Origin: Marsupella aquatica
Taxonomy: Eukaryota > Plantae > Marchantiophyta
DNA length: 64,000 nucleotides
NCBI GenBank assembly: GCA_973895155.1
Contig: OZ316897.1
Location: 3,239,416-3,303,415 of the forward strand
Reading direction: 5' to 3'
The notes under the pieces are model-generated. The model did not search any database. It worked only from the letters and a program-made list of their open reading frames with translations, and was not told where the DNA came from. Positions 26,691 through 38,760 of the stretch are shown here, piece by piece. Each line of letters begins with the position of its first letter. Position 1 is the stretch's first letter. Both the position numbers and the translations under genes were made by a program.

Positions 26691-29600
26691 CCATAGGACT
26701 TTGCCCGTGGCAATCCTTTGACACACCCTATTGCTAATGTTTGGGCGGGTTTACTACCTATAACCCAGGCTGCAAGTATGTGGGAACAAGTTGAGGCATG
26801 GTAAACCCTGCCCAAACCTCACATATTCTATAGGGTCCCTAGTCAGGATCAAGCAGCAGAGGGCTAGCCCATACCACTATGAAGCTGTCCTCCATCCTTG
26901 ACCTCAGGTGCCATAACATTTAGACAGGTTGTCAAAACTGAATTAACTCGTGATGCAGAGCTACTAGAACATGGAAGGGCGTCCCACTGCTTTACAACGC
27001 AAAACAGGTTGTGTTAATTGAATCCTTCTGCAGTTGTAGGGACTCTCAGGCTTTTTGCAAGTGGTTCTTCAGCATTCTCAGGGTAGTTTTTTACCCTTGT
27101 TCTCCCCTTTATTGTGTTTCTTACTTTTGGAATCCTGTCTCCAAGTTTGGCACTCCTGTCTCCAAATTTGTCATTTCTTGACATATGGCTGCAAAAGTTT
27201 ACTAGGGATACTGATTATGTAGCCTCCACTTGTTGCCCATGCATTATGCCCATCAGAGAAAGAGAGGATCACAACAAAGAGAAGACTAAAGGAGACATGG
27301 TGCCTTGGTCCAACATGCTATTAAATCCAATTCAGAGAAAAAACTTCTTGAATTAATTGTGAGAATTTTTTTGAAGGAAGACTCACTATGTTACCTTGGC
27401 CCCGCGCCCTCACCAATGCTCTACACTCTCATCTAAAATCCTTAGCAAGGGTGCATGATGAGGTCTTTGACAGAAATCAGATGTCAACTCAATTCAACAA
27501 AACTAAACTAAACTAAGGTACTTGCCAATTCACCAATTAACGGGAAATTCTATTAGTTATTTGTAGTTAACTGAGTGTGATATGGTTGCCCTGACACCTT
27601 TTATTTTTTATTAACAAAGGAGGGGATCTTGTACACAGGCCCTTCCCAAAACTAATGTATAAAAATTGAGTGTGCTTTCAAACATTTTCAACGAATAAAA
27701 ATATTCTACCCAGATAGTTCTTTCTTTGTAAATATATTTGAATGTAATTGAACCTCTAACAAAATACCATAAATGGAAAATTGACTCATCCAAAAGAGCA
27801 GAAGAGAAAAGGGCATGGGCTTTGTGCTAACAATCTAAACGAATAATCGTCAATTATGGATCAAATGTCAGTTTGGGTGTAGGGTGATAAAAGATTACTC
27901 AAGGGTAACTGAGTTCCAGTGTAAACTAAGACAAAACTGATGAGCGAGCATGGATGTGTGCGTGGGAGCCAAATGTACCACAGACAGGATCCCACGGGCA
28001 GAGAGAGCGAGAGAGAGACCCCATTTATTAGACGAAGAAAAAACCATCTGCTCTCCCTTGCTGCTGTAGTTTGTAGTTGCTCCCGCCCCCCATTCCCTCT
28101 GCGCAGTGGGGCTCCCCTGCTACACCCCCCGCCCTGCCCCCCGCGACTTTCCCCCCTCCAGCCGCGACACCAAGCACGACAGTAAGCTTTCCTGCGTTAG
28201 GGGCGGGCCGTGAAATGAAGCTTTTGTACACAGTACGCCTCCTCTCACCCGGCCGTTGTGAAAACCGTCGGGCCAGCAGGCCAAACCACGATCCGACCCT
28301 GGGGGACTTTGACCATGGCTGACCACCCTGACCCATCCCCTTCTCGCGACGTACCCGACGTGGTCACAAATACACGACCGCGTAGAGGGCGATCACACGA
28401 GCCAGGCGTAAAATTTGGAACTTCTGACGGAAGCAAGTTTGCGTTTTTCTATCCTAGTCATAAATGAAATTACTGACTTTGAAATTAGTAATTTGAGTTT
28501 GTTAGTCTCTAATTGACGTTGGTAACCCTACTCTGAGAGTAGAGGATATCACTAATTGTGGTGAGAATTTTTGCTAAGCCTAGTGTGGGCTGGATTTCCA
28601 TGATTGGGAGCAATTCCCATTTGTCAAGTAGGATTCCATGACGGGGAGCAATATTTCTCAAATAGAGTGCATATAGTGGATGAAGATTGGGTGACTCTGC
28701 CCACATCATAAAATGAGATTATTGACTCAAACATCCTATACTTAGTACTGAATACTCAATACCTAATACTTAGAATGGAGCTGGACGACTAATGAAAGAA
28801 AGAATAGCAAGGAATTAAAGTTTTTTTTAAACCAGCATTGTCACCCATAACTCCTTGCAGTTCCTGTCAGTAGTTACTTCTGGTAAAATTCTGAGCATTA
28901 CAAAGAAGAAACGAAGATCAGAACTAAGAAAAGAAAAAAACTTTTGGAGAGTTTTCCTTCATCCTTCATATGACGGGTCTCAATTTCAAGATACCACTAA
29001 TTTAACTTATTCACTAAGAAAGTTATCCTTACTACCTTGTTCAGGAGTATTGGTGGAAATATTGTTGATAAGGTAAATGGGAGGGTTAAACAAAAAGTAC
29101 GATACTTTTTGAGTGAAAGAGAGGTACAATATCGCCTGCATCTTGAATGTACCTTGTGCTACATTGAGGGGGGCTTTGTTCACTTGCTACAAATTGATCT
29201 AAAACCCATGACACATGAAAACATTATAAGCAATGGACATATAAACATTTATGGACAAGGTCACGCCTGGCTTGGCTGGGTGAGAGTAGGACTGGGCACC
29301 AATACCAATAAGAAAATGAAAAAACTGTAAACTAAGTAATTAAATGAAAGATTTTAAGGGGGTTTATGGAAAACTGAGGATGGACAAAATTAAAACATAA
29401 GTATAAGGGTAACAAAAACCTCTGGGACAACAAGGTTAAAAACATTAAGAGGAGGACCAAAAAATCTGAGGACACAAGAAAGGTGAATAGTGAGGGAGTC
29501 ACTGTGGGCTAACACATTATAGTGGTCAATATCTACTCAACAGGTTTCAGCCTTGGATGGCCATCTTCCATGATCTGAGCACGTTGCCCCTCCACTGACA

Positions 29601-30130
29601 TTAAACAAAAACTTAAAAGTGGATAAATGATCTAAAATGACATGTTGATATTTTACTCGTCTTCGTTTCTCATTCAGTTTCGCTCACAAGTTTTGTGAGT
29701 CCTTTTAAAAACGTCAAAGATAGCCATTCGAATTGCAAGAAATAGCGCCAACCTTAACAAAGACCTTGCAAAATGGGAGCATCCCAAGAGAAAAGGCGCT
29801 AAACCCTAAGACTCTGAAAACCCTTGTCGTCAGTTGAGTCTCCTAGCAAACTAATCTAACTGTTAGCCATTTCGAAGAAGATGTACGTGACAGAACTGTG
29901 GCTCATGCTGTCAAAGCTGAACGCCATACTTTCGAGGTATCCACAAAGTCACCACGCATGACACTTGGCCATCATGAGGTCGCACAAACATAAATGTTTT
30001 TCATGGGTATTTGATTAGGCGAGTACTGTGGATGGACTTTTACTTACAAGAGTCAAAATGCATGTGAATCTACACAGCAAACTTTTCTTTCGTTACTTGC
30101 AGACAATATCTGTAGTACAAGGCCTCCACA

Positions 30131-33100
30131 CTACGTTTGTGGAATCAGTGGGTCCCTGCTTGATTCTGCAGGAACAGGTTGAGGTTGTCCATCGTAATGG
30201 AAGCGGAAAATGCTTGAGAAATCCTCGTGACTGTGGCCCTTTTTACAAAGAGTAGAATACCTTCATCACCACCAGAACACTTAGCTTTGTAAGAAATTGT
30301 TACGGACAAGGCACGCAAACATGGATGAGTTGCCTCATCTTCACTCCAGGAGCAACGGGCTACTGTAATCTCAATCGCAGCACAACCTTGTCAAAGCAGG
30401 GAAACTGAAACACAGGCCTGTTTGTAGACAACGTTTATCAGAGATAAGCTTGAAGGCCAACGTAGATTTCAGTAAGAATTAGTTAGAATAATTGTGAGCA
30501 TTGCATGCGAAGCAAAGAGTTTGAGGATACTCAGTTCGGCAGAGCAAGCACAGAATTCAATTCAAAAACTCAATAGTAGTGGCAGGGTCTCCTCACATTG
30601 CATGAACTTGCTCGGTTAAGGGGACAGCGATGCCCGACTCCTCAGCAGCTCTTAGTGCCAGTCCTAGATCTTTTGTCTGCAATTTAAGCAAGCATCTATG
30701 AAACGCTATCGATCAGTTTGATGAGGCATACAATCATAAACAAGATGATAAATCGACAGAACTTTGCAATTTCCTGCTGGACTCATTCGTTTCTGAGCAT
30801 TGATTTGCAATAGAAATTAACAATCAACTTAGAAATGATTACTTAAGCTTATGTACCACGTAAGCCGTAAAGTCCACATTCTGGCTCCATATTCGTCGAT
30901 GGTCAGTTTTTTGAATTACTGCACAGGCTCCACAAACTCCTGAAATTTCCTTTCTCAGAACTTAGGAGTGATCTACAAAATGAGGTGTATAACCAAAGCC
31001 AAATGCTTACCAGCAACTGGCAAGAGAATCCTCCCTGATAATCTCGTGATGCAGGAACGCCCTCCATGACTCCAGGGACTGGGTTGTAGGTGTCACTGTT
31101 CAAAAACATAATCACCCAGCCCGTCCATCATCACCTGTCAGAGTATATTTGCAGGCACACAGCCTTGAAGAAGTTCTAAACTCAACTCCTGGTGGCCTTG
31201 TGAAGGAAAATACCCACCTGCTCCAGCAGCGAGCACTAGAAGAGTTGAAAATCTTTGACAGCGTGATGGCATCAATACCCAAGCGCTGTCCAAGAGCATA
31301 CGCCTCTGAGACTCCTGCCATAGTAATACCCATTGCCAAATTGTTGCACACTTTTGCCGCCTGCGCAATTCAAGCCATGACTTATGAATATGTACCTGTA
31401 TGAGAACTTAAAGAGTATACCGTCTCTCTTCCAGCCCTCCCCGCGTAAGCGAAGTTTAATCTTCTCTGTGGGAACTCATCTCAAGGTGGCTCTCACAGAA
31501 AGATGAAAAAACTTAAGCAGACAACCACCAGATTTCTATGGTTAACAAAAAAATCATCAACAGAGAGGTAGTAGGTTTGAGAAAATCGTCCGGAGTATTA
31601 TTACTTAGTGATCAGGTTGCGGAGAGGAGAGCGGAGCAGGGATGCTTACTGCACCATTGCCAGGTCCTCCACAGTGCACAACTCTCGTTCCCATTGCGTT
31701 GAGTAAAGGCAATGCTTCATTCAAGCCCTCCTCCTCGCCACCAACCTATGCACCAGCCGAATAACTCAAATAAAATCCAAGGTGCACAGTGCAAATAGTC
31801 TGAGTGTCTTTAAGCTTCTAGACAAAAAACTATTTAAGGTGAAACAAATAAAAATGCAGCAAAATAATAGAACTGGTGTGAATGTCAAACCCCAGGAAGA
31901 TCTCAGCAGCATTGATACAATACTTGGGGCGTCTTGTAAAGCTGGTACCTAAATAATGATAAGATTTCTAAACACATATACATTTTCTCCATGAAAGAGG
32001 GACATTGATGCATATGAAAAGGGAATCGAGCAGTCATCCACAATGCTCATGACGCCGTGTGTAAGAGACAATCCGCATACCATAAATGTCAATCTTCCTG
32101 CCTGTGCTCCACCCACACCGCCGGAAACCGGAGCATCAAGCATCTTTGCTGTTCGAGATCCAGAATTTCCTGCGTACAATTTAACAACAAACAGTTCTTA
32201 TCGTGATCACTGTAAAGTTTGCTTCTCCATTAGTCGGTAACAGATCTCTCAAAGGTCCAGGGGTACTGTGAAAGGCAACAACTAAGTATATATGGTCGAA
32301 ATATTTAACCAAAGGGGCTGCGACCCTGGACCAACTTTGAACCCTGTTTGCAAAGAACTTCTTCGGGTTTACGACTTTGACAAGGGTACAACACATTGAT
32401 GCCAGCACAGTAATAAAAAGTAATCTTACTTGGTCTAGCTGCCAGTGTACACACAGCCACTTTAGACGCCAGAAGCCGACAAGTTTCAGGATCAATGGTC
32501 GAGCAATCAATAAGTAATGATGGCCGTAATGCTCTAGTGTTGGTCAGTAACCCGTTTGATCCTGTGTAAACCTCCTGCACCTGGCGCACAACTATCCATT
32601 AATGTAGGAATCGACAAAACCACAGCAGAGAGGACTACTGTACTGTGATAAATTGCAATTGCACTTCTCGGTAAACTCCATATAGGGTGCTCCCTAAGTC
32701 TAAATTTTTATAGAGTAGGAAGAATAGCAGAGGTTTCTGAATTCATAGTACTAGCTCAAACGTGTATCTTCAATGTCTCGCAGGCAATGTACACTTAATA
32801 CATAGAAAGGGAGACCATTAAATATACACGACTTTTTATCATTGACCAGCCTTTCCATAACATCTCTGTTATCACCCAGATTGTCCGTTGCAGCCATCCT
32901 TAGGAGACTGCAGAAATACACAACAACAACATCTCTCGGCGGTAGCGAATTTAGCACAAGATAATAGGACATATTGTATCGTTAGACACTACATCATTTT
33001 ATCTTTATTTAATTCTGTTGTGATCGGCAAATAGCCATTGGCCGCTTACATGGGCTGAGGCAGGCAGCATTGTTATAACGACGTCACTCTGTTCCGCTAC

Positions 33101-34684
33101 TTCGTATGCACTTTGTGCAATCGAGGCTCCTCTTTCAGCGAAGGCCTGCATTGCATCTGTGTTCCTATCCAGTAACCATCCCGAGTCCACCATATAGTTC
33201 AGAGAAAGACGATTTACGACAAAGCAATTTCTTCCAGAATTTTCCCTCACAAGAGATAGGCAGGCAGGTGACCATGATAGAACACAAGCCCTAGCTACTA
33301 TTTACCAACCCAGCCCTACTTTTCGACCCAGACAAGGAATACCTGTGCGCATAGCAATGAAACCTGACTCACAAAGAACCATGATTCTGCTGTCAGCCAA
33401 AACTCACTCGAGAAAAAACTATTGTAGACTCCTGGCTAGAACATTAGGGATGATCCTTGATTCTAAATTCGCATCCAAGGTACAGAATTAGTACTATATG
33501 ACAGGTTGAAGTACATGAGATTAAACATTAGGTCTCGCCCAGCGACTCGTCTCCATTATAAGCATCTCACAGGCAGTGGGCTTGAAGAAGAGGAGTAAGG
33601 TTTTTAGAGTCTGACTACACAACGTACCTGTCGTAGACACAGAGGGAGTGGCCCGCTTTGAGTAAGTTTGTAGCCATGTGCGAGCCCATGTTCCCAAGCC
33701 CGATGAATCCTACATTCTGAAATGATTGTGCATCAAGTCATTATTCGTTTCAGAACCTAAGATAGGATTCAATGCAAATTTTGCGAGCTCAACTAAGAAC
33801 AGCCACTCATGCTTCACTCTCAGTCGTCGAATTTGTACTAAACTCTATTTTGACTCCATCAAGCGACAGTGCACAGCAGGCCCTGAACAATGACAGAGAC
33901 CAGAATCACTCTTGCTAAGGCTAACACTCCCCATACTGAACCACTCCACAATCATTCAGAGGCAGCGTGATGGAATAGAACTACCAGTTGCAATGGGTGC
34001 TTTTGCTGAGTACAATCAATCAATTTAAACCTTGGAACTAAATCTCAGTCACAGAGGAGATGAGCTGTGCATTACATGTTTAAAATTGACGATGCTAATT
34101 TTCTATATCTCGGACTCTTTTGTGGTCAGCGGATAAATTTAGTGGGTCTACTCACTACTAAATATGATGGAGGAACATTATGATTTCTGTCTTTATGACT
34201 ACAAACGAAGACGAAGCGACTTCTCTTCAGAAATCACTTTTACAACTTTTAAATGGATGGACTGGGATTCCTTCCCACAACTTCTTCCGAGAGGAAATTC
34301 AAGAGAGATTCTCTAAATAATTCTTCGAGGGTGTACGTCACTACCTTAATTTCAGCGCACTAAAACTAACGAGTTTCTCCGTCGACAGCAAAATTATGTT
34401 TCAATGTAACTCGCCTGAAGAGACTCCAATGACTTTTCTACAAGCCAAAAACAGCCTACAACGTTCTACAACCCCAATCTGCTCTAGACACTCTAAAAGC
34501 ATCCGCGACCACCGACCTGAGAAGTGCTGGTGACACACCCATCAGAGAACCTCCGCGTTTGAGCTGAAAATGGCGATTGAGCTGAGACCAATGAAGCGCC
34601 GCGGCAAGTCGACGTTGTTGAAGAAGAGAGGCGCGTTGCAAACGTACATCGAAACAGCAGCATACCCAGACATTTCTTCACCAT
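30131..34684 (-). CDS. HIBADH: 3-hydroxyisobutyrate dehydrogenase, mitochondrial precursor, 10 exons, ~381 aa
   Basis: Exons: 34684-34517 (Ser/Thr/Arg-rich transit peptide; alternative ATG at 34663), 33716-33628, 33164-33050, 32580-32430, 32169-32081, 31745-31650, 31360-31218, 31095-31011, 30676-30597, 30260-30131 (1146 nt). Motifs: [56 protein letters not shown]. Confidence 0.95.
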
Positions 34685-34765
34685 GTTGAAAATAATAATG
34701 GTCTATCTGCGATAAGAATGAAATGTTACAGAGGCGGAGAGGAGAGATGATGGGTGGGAAAGCGG

Positions 34766-35017
34766 ACAAACGAGTGCGAAGTTAAGAATGCAGAAACTCA
34801 AATCAGGGCTATAAGGACAACAACTGAAGCTTGGAATTGCGATCTCAAGCACAAATGGGTGCGAAGTTCTGAATGCAGTAACACAATTCAGAGCTGAAAG
34901 GGCAATAATTGAACCTTAAAATTGCGATCCCGGGGACAAATGGGTGCGAAGCTCAGAGTGCAGATACACAATCCAGAGCGCTTTAAGAACAAATCAAGCT
35001 CGAAATTGTGCTCGCAA
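34766..35017. repeat. Three diverged 85-bp tandem units just upstream of the HIBADH start codon
   Basis: ACAAA.G.GTGCGAAG....GA.TGCAG..AC.CAA..CAG.GC starts at 34766, 34851 and 34936, an exact 85-bp period. Confidence 0.85.
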
Positions 35018-36705
35018 ACTTGGAACTAAAGGAGAGAAATCAGCATCAAACTCCGAACAGAGGAGCTGAGAGTTATCTACAAGTTGCAAAGGCAGACTCA
35101 AAATAGAAGTACGGAGTCAGTTTCGCAATAGTACCGTAATGTATTGTACAGTCGCTTCTTCCTAAGTACACACTCCATAAGTGCAAAACCGGCTAATTGC
35201 AAGGCATCCCATTGCTCGCTTTCTCCAGACCAGTTTGCTCTTGTTTTTTGTAGAACCTGGAAGTGCAAAGAGAGCAGCACCACACGACAAATATATAAGT
35301 GGGAAATCCTCTACAAATGTTTATGAACGCTTGTGACTAAAGCGTACAATTGATAAGTGCACTCATTTTTCAGTTCGAGGAAGTTGCACTTATGAGATAG
35401 GGGATGACGTTTGGGGCGGGAATGTACAATTTAGGAAGGAAATGACAAGAATGCTGACTGAGAGAGGGCCCATTGCATATCGAGGTACTGTAGACTATTA
35501 TTCATAAACGCAAGTTCCAAATTTTGCCGCTTACAATGGAGGGTTAAGTCTACAAGTGGCCTCTTCCTAGCGGTGTGTGCACTTAAGGAGAGGCAACAGC
35601 AGTGGCAATCACGGAGGAAAAGTCACAAATGCGACAAAATAGCAGGCATTTGCCTTTTCAGGTAAGGTGGGGTGGGACAGGAGGTTCTTCAATCTTTTCA
35701 TTTTACAGCCTTAAAATATTTACTCATTGTGAACCTGACAAGACCTGCACCCACAGTAGATCTGTTAAGATTTCCCCTATTGACCCTAGACCTACTTGGT
35801 GCCATGGATGGACATGATCGCCAAAGCCCAGAAATGGATTATGCCTGCCAAGTTTTGAATCTGATTTTTTGCCAATTAGGGATATTTTTGGATTTGTGAG
35901 AACCTATGAACCCATCCTCACATGGAAGAATTACAGGTGTGAATCTGAAAGAGAATGCCAGTTTGCCTCACTAGATGTTGAGGCTGTGATGCCCGTGCTG
36001 TGGTAAGTAGTATCTGAGATTGACTACTTTGCCAAATCCTTTCTCTGAAATTGCTACCTTCCCACTCTTTTTAGTTAGAATTAGCCTGATTACCCATTCC
36101 TTGAATAAAGAGCTGACCGCAAAAAAAACCTCAGTTGCAAAATAGAGGTTCTGAGTTAGTTTACTGTTTCTTGTTGATTTTTGCCCCCGTCCCTCTTGTT
36201 TTATTTATCTCCACCCTCATTTTCAGTTATGTCTTGAGAGTCACGGTGTAGCGTTTTCACTATAGATGGCCCAGGGAGAAAATTTTTGACTGGGAGATGA
36301 GGAGAAAAGCCTCAAGAGAAAAGAATTCAGATATGTCACTTCCTCTTCATCATGGCCCCCATTGTGTTTTTGGGTCTGCACCCTAAACCCTTTTTGTGTA
36401 CACCCTCACAACCTCACTTTCAGTTATGCCCTCACTTAGAGTTGCAGTATACTGGCTTCACTCTAGAGAGTAGGCCCAGAAAGTAACTTCTGATCGCTCT
36501 GTATTAGTAAGATGTTGCGTTTTTCCCTTGGTTTTTCCCGCACCACATGTTAACCATGTATGGATAAGTAAGGTCAAAACGGCCAAAGTCATGAAATATC
36601 TATGCATCCAACGGCTAGGAAGTGCCTTTACGTAAAGACTTTTGTGATTTTTCTCTTTGTATTTCTGAGTGCATTAATTCCCCAGACAGCCTCCCTTCTT
36701 TTGAG

Positions 36706-37019
36706 GAGGGCATTATGTGAAGTATCACTAGAACATTAAAGGTAATTAAAACCCAAATATAGTGTTAACCAAGTAAGTAACATAATATCTTGTATCAAAA
36801 TTACAAGATTTGTTTTTAACTTTTTTCATGCCGTTGGCCAATTGCATGCCCTTTTGCTTGGATTTTCTATTCAAAGTTTCACTTTTTCTTGTTTGTTACC
36901 TAAAAATCACTCAAGTTTTTACTTACATTAATGTCCTAGTTACTGGCATTATGAGAATAATGCACTCAAAACTTGGGCTACTGCCCTGGCTTGTTGGCAT
37001 TATATCTCATAATGCACTC
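36706..37019. mobile_element. Putative MITE related to 19699-19898
   Basis: Imperfect TIRs GAGGGCATTATGTGA ... TCTCATAATGCACTC, followed by TAA. There is an extra internal end copy at 36945-36967, and the interior is AT-rich. Confidence 0.4.
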
Positions 37020-38121
37020 TAACCAGGACATTATACTATTCAAACCCACACCCAACTCATAGTGCCACAATCGAAGGGGTGGTTTGTCTAGGGTGAGCTC
37101 ACCCACCCGGCTCTCCTCCTCTTTTAGCTCAACATTTTCATACCTTCCAAAATCGATTCCCTGCCGTTTCAATTGTAGTTTCTAGCGCAGCAGCAAACTG
37201 ACAGAACCATGGAGAAAACGCAAGTTCCTACTGCACAATCGAGCTTCTACTTCCACAACACATATCTTTGCATCATTTTGGTTGTTGGTTTTAATGAGGC
37301 AACAAGTGTAAAGTGAGCAAACTCTGTATGACCAAGGAGAAATTGCACTAAAGTAGCTCGATTGGTTGCATTCTTGGTCTTTTGTTATACTGTAGAACTA
37401 GAAGACTCATAAATCTGCTGCAATCTCCTAAATATGCAGCCTGAGCGTTCGAACCGTGTGGCCAGTCTGACGACCAATCAGGCTTTTGAAACGAGTCCCC
37501 TTGAATTTGGACAACTGAAGAATGTATACATATTGTCTTGACTGAGTGTCTATTTCCTGTGCCGCAAATATGGCAGGTAACTTTGAGGGTTTTAAAGATT
37601 ATTACTTTACAACCTACAAAGGTTCTGAGCACAATTTGATGCGTTTCATGATTATTATCCAAGATCCTTGGTGGAGTGTTATATGTCATATATATTTGGG
37701 TGAGTGTTACATCAGAACTGCAGTGAGTTTCCTTCCGTCTAGATTAATTTTTAAAGCTCACTCCTGTAGCAAGTTTGCTTAGTTTAATTCATGTTCTATG
37801 AATGTTCTGTGGCTTTTCTGCCATTTGAGAAATATCTTGATGGTTTTACACAAACATAGTTCTGAATTGAATTTGGCCTGGTAGATACAAAATTCATTGC
37901 AACTGCACCAAAAGCTGACAGTCAGAAACCCCCAGTTGAAAGATTGACGATCCCCAATTTTTTTGTCCATTAGAAAGCAAGGTACATCAAGAGGCTCGAC
38001 TCTTTGCTGTTTCTGAACCAGCAAACAAATAGAAATCTCGCTCAATCGAGGAAACTAACGAACCAGCAACAAGGTGTTGATGGACAAAAGCAGGCATTGG
38101 TTCACATTTTCGATGCGGCCT

Positions 38122-38760
38122 TCAATGGAAGTCGGCTCTGATAACTTCATCCTTCATTCCTAGTCCTAGAGCCTCAAGATGTGCACCATTCTCCATTTTT
38201 AGGCCAGGCAACAACAACGCTCTCGTGCCGATGAATGTATCGTCGCCAAGAAGGTTAGACTTGAACGCCACCTTTTCTCCCTCGTACAAATGGCCGAAGA
38301 GGAGAGTGTTGCGGCCGATAGCACTCCGCACTCCAACTCGGAGCTGATCAGGGTTCATGGCGTGGAGTGTGTCGATGTACACACTACTGTCCTCGATGGA
38401 AGCCCCCAAGCCTTGAAGATACCAAGTGCAGAAGGCAGACCCCTTGCCCAACTCCAGAAACGTGCTACCGATTGTCTGGTTGAGGACGTCCCATATGGTA
38501 TGGCGGAGGGTAGAGGCGCTCCACAATTCTTGAGTTTGGCCATCAGTGATTTTCCAAGATATGACCCATTTGCAAATTATGCCCAAGGTAGCACACAGAA
38601 GGCTTGTGCAGAAGTAGGCAACGGGGAGGAGCCCATACATCCACTGTTTGCCTGCATTGGCCCCTACAATCCCAAGAGCAAGAAGGGATGGATACAGGGA
38701 CAGAGTCAGGAACGCCATCGGTGTTACCACTTGCAAGATCGGTTGGACGAAACGTATGAA
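38122..38760 (-). other. Domain 7: third TM + LbH module
   Basis: Two hydrophobic stretches, then KWVISWKI..ELWS, GSAFCTWYLQGLGASIE, NPDQLRVG...IGRNTLLFGHLYEG, LGDDTFIGTRALLLPG. Confidence 0.8.

Noticed and set aside
27940-28467. GC-rich island with multiple short ORFs
   Set aside because: The translations are low-complexity and Pro-rich, with no recognisable domain or splice chain. It may be TE or promoter-like DNA, but no call can be supported.
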